In this document: positions 33,007 through 46,799 of the stretch, piece after piece
Layout of the letters: each line of letters opens with the position of its first letter
Position numbering within the stretch: position 1 is the first letter of the stretch
Assembly: GCA_000320545.1 (NCBI GenBank)
Contig: ADNK01001017.1
Coordinates: forward strand, 38,945-102,944
Direction of reading: 5' to 3'
Length of the DNA: 64,000 nt
Source of the DNA: Bigelowiella natans CCMP2755
Taxonomy: Eukaryota > Protista > Cercozoa
Notes under the pieces: generated by a model
Database searches by the model: none
Seen by the model: the letters and a program-made list of their open reading frames with translations, nothing else
Told to the model about the DNA's origin: nothing
Made by a program: the position numbers and the translations under genes

Positions 33007-36000
33007 CACACACACGACGTACACCCACAATAGATAACATCTCTTCTTCTTCGTCTATTTTGTACAACAATCATACTCTTTTTAAGTTTTCCTTTCTTGT
33101 ACGTACATACACGCACCTTGAGGATAAACGTGATCATCGTGCTTGTGTGCTTTATAACACAATCATCCTATTTAAAGGAAGAGAAACAACATAAATTAAA
33201 TTATTATTGTATGTGGTGTTGAATACTACTTTGCTCGGTGATGATTATGATGCCACAACCACCATCATCATTTTATATTTAGTAGCAGCAGCAGCAGTGT
33301 GAGCAGTAGGCAAACCATTATTGTCACGCCATTCGTATAACATATGCATCATGATTACTATATTGAAAAAAACCACCACCACCACCACCACCACCACCGA
33401 GTATGCATGCCATCGTAATATTACAAATTGTTGCTGTGATGAAGATGCTTTAAGTCCAATTATTATGCCAGAATATGCTGTAAGCAGACCCTCCCATAGT
33501 TCATTCCTCAAAATTTTCGCTTCAGGTTCGGTTATCGGCATTTCAAATTGAGTAGCCTAATGTACAGTATTATTATCATCCTCCTCCTCCTCCTCCTCTT
33601 TTATTATTATTATTATTTACATGATCATTTACACTAATGAATACTACTACTACTACTACTGCTACTGCCACAACTAGTATTATTACCTGTTGCATTACAT
33701 TGAGTACCGGCTCGGAGTACCGAACAAATTTTCCAGAAATAGCCAAAGCAATATCACCGATCTTTAATTAATTTAGCAGGAATTGTACGTCGTTATATTG
33801 TGTAGAAGTGCCTTTACGTTATCATCATCATCATCATCATATATATTATTTGTTATATGTTATTGTTATTATTATTATTACTACCGCAGAAAGGGTTGGT
33901 GGTTTTGCTCTCGATTCAACATTAGGCGACGATAGAGCCTTTAAGAGATTAGAAACAATCTCGTCGCAATAGTTGTAAATTTCTTCTTCCAAAGCACGTG
34001 TTACGTCGGATACAGTTAGTACTGCTGTGATGTATGAAGTGCCACTCTCAGTATCCTGCAAGGAACGTGCTAAATATGGCCATAAAACCGACATATAAGT
34101 GGAAAAACTCCGACCCAACGAGGCAGCAAGTAGTCCTGCAGTCCTTAAGCAATCTTGATGAGCAGCTGTATTTGATGATTGTAAGATGGAGAACAAGATA
34201 TGCATAATGTCGCGGGACTTTTCTGCGATCTTCTGTTGGCCCTCCCCTCCTAATACAGCTAAAGATGATTCTATAACTCCTATCAAATTTGTCTGTAACT
34301 CATGGCATTTTTCTTGCTCTACTATAGAAGAGGACTGTTGTTGTTGTTGCTGTTGAAAATTGAATGTTTGATGCGCCCTTGTAATAGCATGATTTAGAGT
34401 ATCTTCAACTGCTGTTTGATCGGTTGGCATTGATGCTGCTCGTATCAGCTGCATTATGCTTTCAAAAGCTATAGTAGACAAATTTTCTTGGTCACCATCA
34501 TGCCTCTCGGCGACTTGGTGAAGTTTCCTCACTAATCCGCTATAATGCTTTCTGAACCCAGCACTAGCAGCAGCCCCACCAGCAGCAACAGCATCATTAT
34601 TATTATCTGTGAAAGAAGCAGAAGTAGTAGTAGTGGTAGTAGCAGTAGTAGTAGTAGTGGCAGCACGTTGGGCAAGATGGAAAATAGCACTAAGAGCACG
34701 TGTGGCCACACGTGGTGTATCGTCCAGAGATATTACAAGTGCGGCCATAGCTTCCTCGTATGTCTGTGGTGTTCCTGCTGCTAAAGACTCAGGTACGTAT
34801 TGTGCAACACGGGATAGAAACCAAGCACTTGTGTCACGGAGGATCACCACATTATTATGCTGCTGTTCACCACCCACAACAAGATTGTGAAATGCAAACT
34901 TTAGGACTTGTGGATTAATTTTCTCCATCATTACTTGCTTTGAAGAAGACGCATCAATGACCGAACCCAAGGCCATGAGCGCAGCTTCTTTCTCTCGCCA
35001 TCCAACCTGATTGTAGTCTCTCATCATCACATTATGCACTAAAGGCATAACGTACTCGAGCATTACATCAGCACCAGCTACACGTGTCATAAGTTCCAAG
35101 CACGCAGCTGCTGCCTTCGCACTAGTCCAACTGCTATCATCATCTAATTGATCTTGTCTTGTAAGTCTGATATTGAGAACAGGAACTAAATGTGGCGCAA
35201 CAGCCTTGATATAGTTCATACACACCTCCTCTGTTGTTGCATCAACACCAGCCTCGCTTCTTCCGACACCAAACATCATTTGCTGCTGCTGCTGCTGCTG
35301 CTGCTGCATCATCATTTCTGCTCTTTGAGCATTGTCGTACAATATATCGTCCTCTACCTCAGCTAATGTTGACCAAAATTCAATAGCAACAACAGCTACA
35401 CTGTCATCGTCGTCTTCAATTCTGCTTTGAAGAGTTTGAACAGAGAGCGTATAGATTGCTTCCATGTATGGCCCGAGCTTGCTGTAAAATCTTTCTGCTA
35501 TAAGTCCAAGAGATTCAAATCCAACTGTTCTCACTCCTATATCAGAGCTTGATGCTGCTTGGCATAACATCTTCATTATCATATCGCGTTCATGTGCTAC
35601 TTGGAAGTTTCTTGCAGTAAGGTGAATGGCATTTTTCAAAGCATTAACTGCAGCATACACTAATTCTGGTTTATCTTGAGCCGTCATTGATGCTATTATT
35701 GCTGTCAGTGCTTCATTGATATCTTGCTGCGAAGAATGATCTTCTTTCATTTCTTCACAGACATACCCAAGGGTTGTTAAAGCGACTACACCCAATTGTT
35801 GTTGGTTTCCAAGAAGAAGAGGAGGAGGAGGAGGAGGACTTTTGATATCACTATTTTCCGACGAAGAAGAGGACGATGACGACGTAGCTGCTAAACGTGC
35901 TAAATCAGGAACTAAAGAAGGCCAACCATTGACAGCAACCTCAGCAGCGAATACCTTTGCAATCACCTGTGCAATCACCTGAAGTACAATCATTACTATT

Positions 36001-37097
36001 ATTTGGGATTTTTGTATATCGTTACTATTATCCTCCTACAACCATCATCCCTCATCCATGAACACTCATACAATATACGGGTATGTACTCTGTGAGTGCC
36101 GATAAGCGGTGCAACTGCTATTTATTATTTGCAGTATAGTAATTGGTAAAAATAACACCAATTGATGCTCAACCAGCACCTACTTGTTGTACTTGAGGGA
36201 TTCCAGATTGAAGGGCATGCATCAGGCCTTGCTTTATCTACAAACATGATGGCCAGGTGAAGGGGGAGGGGGGGAGGGGGGGGTACAACAAGGAGGTGAA
36301 AATGATGATAGTTTGGGAGTTGTTCTTCGCCTGTATGTCTATCTTAATTGCTAATTGGCTTGACGTTGGCATTCGTCTGCTGTTACCTCTGCTCTTATGT
36401 TAGGAGGAACAGACAACCAGCGTTTATGCATCTAAATCAACAATAACAATAATAACATCATTAATTCAAAATCACCAAACGGTGTTAAGTAAAGCAGCAG
36501 TCTCATGATGATGATCATCGTCATTATTTATGGATGTTACCAAGGCAAGTCTTGATTCTTCTTTGGCCCATAGGCTATTTTTCAGGTAAAGCCCAGCTTG
36601 CTGCTTGACAGCAATGGATGTGATTTCGGAGCTGCTTGTTATTAAATGCACTAAGTTGCTCACAAAGCTAGGATACGATTCTTCAACCATGCGTTCCAGT
36701 TGATGTTCCCCTGAGAAAGAGTACTATCATATTCAGTTGATTGCTATTATTACAATAAATATCATTGAAGAAGAGTAAACACAGCCCTACATACAACAAG
36801 CTATGGCTAAATACATGTGTGATGTATGTAAAGAAACAATAATAAAGGCACAGCAGCACCTTGATTACGTAGATTGGGGTTTGGATTCATACAATTTTCC
36901 AAGATATTTGCCAGATTACGAACAATCTGCTGTGTTGCTTGATTTTGTTGCTGATCTTGCGACTCTACCGCTGCTACACCTCCTCCCCCGTTTGCCGCCG
37001 CAAATCCGATTCCACTGCTGGTGGTGGTGCCACCTCGCAGCAGAGACCCAAGAAAGTAAGACGAATGTTCGGGCAGCACTGACGACGTTGAACTCAT
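31839..37097 (-). CDS. KPNB1: Importin subunit beta-1 (karyopherin beta 1)
   Basis: IBN_N (LANILENCMNPNPNLRNQ...KQQAGLYLKNSL), AQVIAKVFAAEV...WPSLVPDL, LGYVCEE, NFQVAHERDMIMKMLC, AIEFWSTLAEVE, WREKEAALMALGSV, RDTSAWFLSRV, KPPTLSA|IGDIALAI, LLGDIA. Last exon ends HFSY* at 31839. The frame stays open upstream to 37562. Confidence 0.95.
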
Positions 37098-38216
37098 CAA
37101 CTTAAATGATGAAGAAGAAGGTTTGAGAGCAGCAGCCTCTTTCCGTGCATAGCGTGTAGAAGGAAGAAGAGAGCTTTGATCAATGTCGGACACTTTTCCT
37201 TTTCCAACATTCTTTGCAGAAAACCTATTAGGAATGGTGCTACTGCAACAACCGCTAGTGTTTCTGCTGCGATGATAAGGATGACTACTACTGCTGTCAA
37301 CGATATATTTGTCAGATACTCTCCAGGTATGCGGACGTGGTGAAGAAGATCGATAATGATCAGTGTGCATCCAACTGTGATAATTATGATGATATTCATA
37401 ACGATTATTCTTACAGTTACAAGAATTCCGTTCCTTCTTTCCCCTCCCCCTCGTGCCTTCTTCATTCTCGTCAAAATAACGATGAATAAGAAGGCCATGG
37501 TTGACATCACCAGTGGTGGGCAGATCGGGGATGATCATTAGCGCACACACAAGCAGCATCACAGACGACGCACAAAGGACCGCCTAGAAACCATAAGAAG
37601 AAGACATCATATTGTGGTTTACATTTAAATAATGGATGATTCAATCGTGAACAAGTGGGAGTAACTACCCTTAAAAGGTTTCTTAAGGGGAGTAGCGTCG
37701 TCTTCTTGTGACAGCATTGATGACTATTGTAACATGGTTCTCGATGACGGCTACAATCATGGCTAAGCATCGTCGTCCTTTTGTGCTCTCCAGAATCACT
37801 TCGCACGTATTTTGTTATTTTAGTTCATAGTAACAAATCTCTGCTGATGACTGCTGTTATGTCCTCCCGGTGCTCATTTATTCATAACACCATCCTGCTG
37901 ATAATGTGGACGTAGGAACTGTGAGAGGGAGGGTTGGTGAGTTGGTTTGTTGTTGTAGAAAGTGTTGTGAAAAGTGTTGCAACTTCAAAAAGTGTTGTAA
38001 TAAGTGTTGTCGTAGTGTTGTGACGAAGAGGTTAGATGTTGTTTATTATTGTTGTTGTTGTTATTGTTGCTTCCATTGCCCTCGAAGAAAGACTACAAAA
38101 TAGGAAATAATTGGTATAATAATTAATCTATTTAACAACCATCATTTCTACCCATCTTAGTTCATAATACGTAGGGAAGTACCCCTCCCTCCCCCTCCCT
38201 CCACACTAATCTCCTC

Positions 38217-39589
38217 ATGATCTCGATAGGGCTGGTAGCCACCACTGGCTTGCTGATACAATGTACATACGCGCACCTCGGCGCCATGGAGTTCTTAAAA
38301 TCCACTGGTGTTCCCCCTAGTCGTTCAACTTCAACAATATCACTTAAAAATTATCAGCTTGGAGGAGGAGGAGTTGTATTTACTCGCCGTCTCCATCACT
38401 TACATGGAACTTCAGCATACGATCGTGGAATTGAACGCTGTGGTGGCTCACAAGTTGCAGAAAGGGAAGGATCAATAGCTTTTTCACGGAGAATGAGTAA
38501 TAAGAACGGGATTATTCGAAGCAGGTCACTTCGAATGAAATGTTGTGAGACCAGTAGCAGCAGCAGCAGTGATACTGGCTATGATAGCGAAAAACATAGC
38601 AATACCAATGTTAATATTGGAAGTAAATTGCCTGAAGCTCCTTCGAGAAATAGCTTCGGTAGACTACTACGAGTGGATGGTCAGAGAAGAAGTTGGGTAC
38701 CACTACGTGATAACAACCCCAGACAACGAGTGGGTGATCGGAGAAGAAGTTGGATTCGTGATAACCTCGTCGGCGCAGGCGTAAGTATTGTGGTAGTACC
38801 GTTAATCTTTGAATCTCTTGTTGGTAAATATAGAGAGGCTCAAGCGTTTCTTGGAGTGGAACTTGAGGTAGTAGCAGCAGGACAACATTATTTATTAATG
38901 TGTGCTGTTAAGTGTACGTGAACACGCCATCAATCAATTTTTCTATAAGATCCTGATGGAAACTTTGAATAATACGGCCTCACTATATGATGTCGTCCTT
39001 CTCCGGCCCTGTAGAAACTTGTCCCTTCTTTCTTTCTCTTGTTGTGCGTTCGTATGCAAGTTGTTTGCGTCATCATAATTCCAAATGCTGCTGATTCATA
39101 AAGGTGAAAAAAATGAACCCTGTATCTAATGAAGAAGCTCAGAGCCTCATTCGTGACGTAGCTGACACAGTCACAAGGTGTATGTACTACTACTACTACT
39201 TGTGCTACTTGTACTACTACTACTACTAAAATGTTTATGTTTATTATGAATATGCTGCAACAATTAACATTGAGAGTTCTACCGCAGAGAGAGCAAGTCC
39301 ATTATTTAATAGTAATATTAATATTATCTCATCAAGATATTCTCTCCTCCTATTATTATCTGATCAAGATATTTTCTCCTCTTCCTCCTCCTCGATTATT
39401 GATGATAAATAGAGGGTATGTTGATGCAAATAACGGTGGTTTCTCCCAAGACAAATGGCGTAGCCTCATAAACGAGGTAGTAGCAGTAGTAGCAGTAGCA
39501 GTAGTGGCAATATGGTTGAACTACGAGGAATAAAATTGGAGAAGGAGGTGGGATTAGCAATCTCACGATGATGATATATTACTGCTCAG

Positions 39590-39623
<34 letters not shown>

Positions 39624-39786
39624 ATATACGTAGCTCGGATATATTATTGATGATATATGAATAATAATCAGGCCCAGACAAAACAGTATACATACAAGGA
39701 ACAAGTTTATGAGGAAATTCGAAAGTAGTAGTCTTGAAGAACACCACAACAGCACTTGCAGCCTATGATGATGATGGGAGTGGTGG

Positions 39787-39820
<34 letters not shown>

Positions 39821-40855
39821 CTACGCACAAACAACATGTTTTATTAGATGATGTGACATGATTCTATTTTGTGTGATGGTATGTTGTACAGAATTTTAAG
39901 TAAAGCAAATGTGGATGAGTACACCTCATTCTTAGAGGTCATTTAGCAGCTCTTTATGCTCAGCAAGTAGTTGAAGACAACGACGACGACGATAATAACA
40001 ACAACAGCATCAAATTGATTATCTTCTCTTTATGTCATTGTTATTGAAGAAGACATTTGTTGTTATATAGTTGTCATTTTTTACTCTTCTTCTTCTTAGT
40101 TTTCTTCTTCTTCTTCTTCTTTTCTGTTATTAGCCCGCAGAAATAGATGCATTGACAAAATACGATATAAGTGGGGTTGGTGTGAATCTTGTCACCAAAG
40201 AGCAATTTGTGTAAGAAACAATTTCTTTTTAGCTGCTGTGCGTGTTTGTTTAATGGCTGCTGCTGCTGCTACTACTCGATGATTTAAATTAGTAGTAGTA
40301 ATAGAGGTGATTTTCCTGCATTTTTTTAATCATATACACATCATAGCTATTTTATTAATAACAATCATCATTGTGATGATGATCATCCTTACATTAGACG
40401 TAAGGTCGGTCCAGTACCTCCAGCTCTCGAAGAAAGGTTGCTTGTTGTTATCGTTGTTTTTGCTATTGTTAATATTAAATGACGATGATAAGCACAACGA
40501 AGTCGTAGTATTATTATTTTGCTATAATTTCATATATGAATATGTATGGAAATGATGATACACTCCCTCCCTCCTCCTCTCTCTCTCTTTCCTACCGCGT
40601 AGGACAACAGATGATGACATCCTCGTGCTGGCAGTCCTCAAGAACTCTCCCGGCTTCAGAGAGAGGGTACTATTGTTGTTGTTATTGTTACTTCTAACGA
40701 GACGTCGTAAAAATAATAATAATAAGAAGAAGAAGAAGAAGAAGAATACGTCGTCAATGAATCGTATATTGTAAATCAGCAGTATATTCTAGATTAACCA
40801 CTCTTTATGGTTTGGTACAATATGATCATTTTTTCATTATTTCTTTTCTCATTTT

Positions 40856-40888
<33 letters not shown>

Positions 40889-41301
40889 ATCTTAAAATGC
40901 TGTTCGCATGGATGGGTGGTAGTAAGGTTTAGAACTATTTTTTATGTAAATTATTCATATTTTTCCTCCTCCTCCTTCTCCTCCTCCTCCTCCTCTCCTT
41001 CCTCTTTTCACACATCATCATTATGTGTTGGGCAATACTAATACAGGCTCGAGCTAGGGGATTTAGTTGTAAGTGTTGATGGTGCAAATGTACGTGGCAT
41101 GCCCCCGTTTGATGTACTATCAAGAATTCAAGGAGGAGGAGGAGAGGAGAAGAGGAAGAAGGTTCTCTTCGTTTTGACGTTGCTGCTGCTGTAGCATGAT
41201 CTACGTATTAGTAAGTCTATCCCAGTCTCGTGCTATAAATATTATTTTGAATAATGTCTAAATATTATTAACAGGACAATGATGATGTGGTGGAATCTTC
41301 G

Positions 41302-41335
<34 letters not shown>

Positions 41336-41430
41336 CGGCGACAGTTAAAATTATAACAAGAAGAGGCTCAGATGGACAGGTGACCATAGTAGTAGTAGTA
41401 GTAGAAGAGGGTCAGATGGACAGGTGACCA

Positions 41431-41462
<32 letters not shown>

Positions 41463-42520
41463 TATGTTGTTGTTGATGATGATGTTATTGTTAATGTGCC
41501 TGCTTTATGATATATATCGTAAAATGATTTACAATATTATCGGTGCAAATTGTAACAAGAGGAGGCTACACATATTTGATGTTGTTAGTATTATTATATC
41601 ATTGTTGCTGTTGTTGTTGTAACTGCTAAAAATAATCGCATACATGAGAAGCTTGGTTATACATATTATGTGAGGTGTTCTTCTGTATCATATAGGCAAA
41701 AGTACACACACTCACAGTACACATGATGATGGTGATGGTTATGTTGATGGTGATGATGATGATGATGATGCGACGTAGGAGGTCGTTGTAGACATTCCAA
41801 GATCAGCTCCCTCATCTATTAACGAATCCCCTGTGAAGTATTCTATTGAAAAAGGCAAGGATGGCAAAAGGTGGGTGGGTGGGTGAGTGGGTGGGGGTGA
41901 CGAGAATAATGATAATGATGGTAATGAGGATGATGATAAAACACATATCTGCCATAAGTAGGGTCGGAGTAGTTGTGCTCACAGAATTCAATTCCAAAGC
42001 AGCAGCGGTAAGAGTGAATAGTCAGTCGTCTTTAATAAACTATGTGGTTGTACGTACTACTAGTAGTAGTAGTGGTAGTCGTAGGAAGGTAGGAGGACGG
42101 GGGGGAGAAGTGAGTAGTACTAACCAGCAGTCTTTAATCAAATATGTTAGATAGTAAAATGAGGATGATGATGAAGAAGAAGAAGGAGAATAGACACTAA
42201 GATTTCTTAAAGCTGTGATGATTGATAATTATTGTAGTAAAGGAGGATTAGTGCAGCGTCGTCTTTTTTCCTTTGTAGCATTTATTTAGGGTTCGCTACT
42301 ACGTGTATTATCGTGTCAATACCATTGTTCCTAACAACAATCCATACCAAATACTTCATCCTAGTTTTGTTCAATTAGTCATACTAAAATTTGGTACTGG
42401 ATGTATATCCACAATTGTTGTTGTTGTTGTTTCGGTATTAATCAACCGACCGACGACATATTCCTACTCCTCTTATTACTAATCCTCCTACTACTATTGC
42501 TACCGCTACTCCTCCTCCTC

Positions 42521-42554
<34 letters not shown>

Positions 42555-43130
42555 AACTACTACAGGATTTAGAATCTGCACTGATGATCTTAGAGAGCCA
42601 AGTTGATGAATACATCTTAGGTTCTAATAATTCTATTACAATACCTACTTCGAATGCAATAAACATGTATTCAAACGAACAAAAGGGACCGAGGAAGATC
42701 CTAAAAACGTTCATTATTTAAATTTTTGAAGAGGCAATGTTGTTGTTGTTGTTCTAACTAATAATGATCGCAGACTTACGTTACAATTTGGGTGGGATCG
42801 CACAGGAAGCCGTCCAGATTGCAGGGTATGTAAGTAAGAGTCATAAGAAGGCTGGTGGTGGTGGTGGAGATTGTGTGTCGTGGAATAGCAGTAGCAAGAG
42901 TAACAGCAGCAGCACATGTCAATGAAAGAAATACATGTTGATCTATTGTTGCGGTAGGTAGGTATTTAGTTTCATCACCAACACACTACTTACTAGCTAA
43001 TAAACCCTATTATTAATCCACGAACATCATGATGATGATGATGATGAGGAGGAGGAGGAGGAGGAGGAGAAGGAGCGATGAATAACCAGCATAAGAATTC
43101 TTATCCCCTTATAACTTCTTGTGTATGTCT

Positions 43131-43163
<33 letters not shown>

Positions 43164-43775
43164 TCGTCGTCTTCTTCTTACTTTCCAGGATGTTCATGGG
43201 TGGTGATAAAGCTGTTACCTACACTGTTTCCAACACTGGTTAGTTAGAATATAGCAGAACAACAACACAAACCCTACTACTACTACTAGACCTTCTTCTT
43301 CTTTGATATCTATGATTGGAGAATGATCAAATCACATATTATCAGGAGAGTTACTTGAAGGATTGGATGTCAGCAGGTGCTGTTTACTACTTACTTACTG
43401 CTGCTACTGGTGGTAGTTGTGCTGATACTGAAGCAGGTTCTAGGAAACACGATCATGATGATGATGAGGAGGAGGAGGAGGAGATCAGCATCATCACTAT
43501 TGAAATTTATCCTTAATACTTCTCCCAAATAAACTCTTATTGTAGGCGCGCTTTAACTGATAAGCCTCTTATCGTGAGAGTAAATTTCTTGACAGCAAGG
43601 TATTAGTGTCGTTTCGTATTAAAGGGAGGAAGAAGGAGTAGTAGTAGTAGTAGTAGTAGTAGTACTTATTTTATCATTATTCTGACTATGGGAATTCTGC
43701 TGGTTAATTTGTTTCCTTTTCTTTTAAATTTTATACGATATTACATCTTTTGTGGGGAACTAACGTTAAAAAAAC

Positions 43776-43812
<37 letters not shown>

Positions 43813-44074
43813 CCTTCGCCAAACATCATCAGAACCCTAACCCTAATGATGATTTCCTTCGCCAAACATCATCAGTGCTAGCGAGATATTAGCCGGTGCT
43901 CTACAGGATAACTGCCGGGCAGTGTTGGTACAATTGCTACTTGATACTACTACTATGAGTAATATTATATTATATTATTTACAAATTATAATCTATACGA
44001 TTCATTCAAACTTAACAGCGGTTGTTCTTTATGATGGTAGTAGCAACAACACAACATTACATACATTTTACAAT

Positions 44075-44151
<77 letters not shown>

Positions 44152-44864
44152 ATTAAATGTTATAATTTCAATTCATAGGTTGGGACGAAGACGTTCGGTA
44201 AAGGTGTAATTCAAGGAATATTCCAGGTAGATGACAATGGTATATAAATATATGTATTTATATATGTTTACTGTATGTTTATAATCGAATGAAAGACACA
44301 ACATATCTGCTGCTGCTTTTTAAAAAAGCAAGGACCTGTTTCCTACCATTAATGTTTAAATGTTTCATGTATGTTAGCATTAGCATCAGTGTTGATTCAA
44401 TTTTAGTATTTGTGATCTGAAAATAGAGCACCAATGAATTAGTTTGCTGATGGATCTGGGATTAAATTGACTAATCAATTAGTTTGCTGATGGATCGGGG
44501 ATTAAATTGACTATCGGAAAATACCTCACCCCCAAACGTAGTAGTCTTAACTCTTCCATCAAATTAATGAAAAAATGTAGGGAATGACGATGGCATTCAC
44601 AGAAGCATTCATCATAAGTTTCTGTTATGATTAGGGAGAGATATCAACAAACGCGGTATAAAACCCGACTTTTTTATGGTAGGTGGCATCTTTAACCGCT
44701 AAATTTGAGATTAATTATGTATATCCACCTTTTCTCTATGTGAAAGAAAGTTTGTAGTCGGAAATTGTATGTCACATGCTGGTTTTCGTGGCTATTATCA
44801 GATTCCTGGAAACCCTACGTTAGAGGAGAAGATTGTACAATGTAAAGCCAATGGAAATGGCTGA
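38217..44864 (+). CDS. ctpA: Carboxyl-terminal processing peptidase (S41A, CtpA-like) with a bipartite plastid-targeting-like presequence
   Basis: Exons give DEYTSFL, DISGVGVNL, VGVVVLTEFN, DLRYNLGG, PLIVRVNFLTAS|ASEILAGALQDNCRAVL|VGTKTFGKGVIQ, DGSGIKLTIGKYLTP, DINKRGIKPD; catalytic Ser and Lys present. The N-terminus is hydrophobic, then Ser/Arg-rich. Confidence 0.9.
43833..43846 (+). repeat. Interstitial telomere-type repeat (CCCTAA)2 between two copies of a duplicated splice acceptor
   Basis: aaccctaaccctaa flanked by direct copies of tgatgatttccttcgccaaacatcatcag. Confidence 0.6.
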
Positions 44865-44929
44865 CAGGCTATAGGAATTTCATTTCTTTATTTGTGATTA
44901 GAGGACCCTCAGACCTTGTCACTTTCAAC

Positions 44930-45578
44930 ATATTGCATGCATTGACACACATTGCATAGTGAGTGCAACATTAGAAACACCGTATGCGTATACTACATAT
45001 TGCTGCATTAGATGACAATTGAAGGAATTTAAATATTCATTACATCCATCGTCTCACATTGTAGCATGTACTGTGTCTATTGGCATGTGCTAATAGTCTA
45101 AATTAAGTGCCTTGTAGTTTACTTTTATTTACGAAAACCGTACCAAGTGTTTGGCAGCAAGTACTTGCTCCATGTGGCGTTGGATTTGCGGCTACACGTA
45201 CATGATATACCGCTATGTGAAGAAGACATTTAATGTTGTGTGCATGCTACAGTGCGTGTAGCTATTTTGCTGTCGTTGGAGCTGTTTGCCTTTCACAACT
45301 TCCGAGGACCCATCTAGCCGTGAAGAGATGCGCTTGCGGGTGGGCTCTGTTGTTTAACTCGATTTATTAATCGGAAGATTTTAATTCGTGACATTATCAA
45401 ATGTATGATTTCAATTTCTAGATTTGTGGGTTGGGACGAAGACGTTCGACAGACACATCATGTGTTGTTTGTGCATGTATGTGTTTTATTACGCACATCT
45501 AGACCTGTGCGTACGTACTACCCAGTACTAGAGTACTGTGCATGCACACTTTAGCAACATGCAGCACCTACTAGCGTA

Positions 45579-45624
<46 letters not shown>

Positions 45625-46560
45625 AACAGCACTAGCGCATGCAGTATAATGACAGCTGATGAGCTCTCAAACGGCTACGCTAGCTACCTGCAGCTAGCTA
45701 CCTAGGCTCGCCGCGTAGCAACTAGAGCGTTGCGTGGCGCAGCATCCTTGGCAGCTGATCACACGCACGATGCAACTTCTAGACTTGTGATCGACTGCGC
45801 ACTAGCTAGCTAGCTAGCGCACATCGCCTAATGAGTCCTACGATGTTCATTACAGTGCTGTGTGAATCGTACGTAGTCAAGAATCGCCAATGACAACGCT
45901 ATAGCTAGCGTGTCTGGGCCGAACGCAGCACCTGAGTCAAACTAGTACACACAGTGTTCACTAGCTCACGCTGGCGCTTTCACACTCACGCACATGCAAC
46001 GTGCACTAGTGCAGACATACAACATGACGCAGTGCACACATGAATGACAGCTCTACCGCCACTTCATTGCTACATTACCCTTTGTACCTTCTAGCCTTCA
46101 CTACAACCAGTAAAGGGACTTATGTCTATATACCTAGATACGTGTATGCGCGTATGACACATCTGTGCCAATCCTTTCATCTAGTCGACCATGTGTAAAG
46201 TCAATCGTCATCCATATGGTAGTGTGAATGCACCTGCGACTACGATGCCGCGTGCCGCTACAAAGTGTGCGCACGTGCATGTATGTGCCGCAGTGCCGCA
46301 AAGACTATACGTGCAAAGTGTATATAGTGGCCGCACCAACACTCGCTAGCACGTGCACACACAGCACGACACGCTACGCTTCTTGAAGCAAATGTGCATA
46401 GAATCGAAGCAACTTCAATTGCGCTTAAGATGATGCGTGTGATGATGGCACCATGGATGATGCCATGGTCGCACGCCTTCTATCCAATACACGTGGTAGT
46501 GGCAGTCATCTCCACCAGCTCAGACGACAATGCGCGTGGTCGTCAGCTGGCTACGATACT
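44930..46560. repeat. TpA-depleted, CTAG-rich island with a LINE 3' remnant (~45006-45057) and captured gene fragments
   Basis: cattagatgacaattgaaggaatttaaatattcattacatcc matches the LINE 3' end. (GCTA)n runs, (TG)n, TG/CA excess. Confidence 0.65.
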
Positions 46561-46799
46561 ACTCTACTCGCTCTAGAGCTGTTAACAAAGATGACATCGT
46601 AACTTTAAGGACTTGATTCCGTCGTCTATCAAGCGAATGTACTACCTTGATCGAACATGCTCATCAATAAATAATGAACTTTAGACACAGTAAATGTATA
46701 CAGTATATACGTTGGGTCTATGTGATATTCATGCATGTATGCCATGAGAGAAATGCATGCATGCATTCATGTATGTATCTGTGTGTTTTTGTGCTTTAC

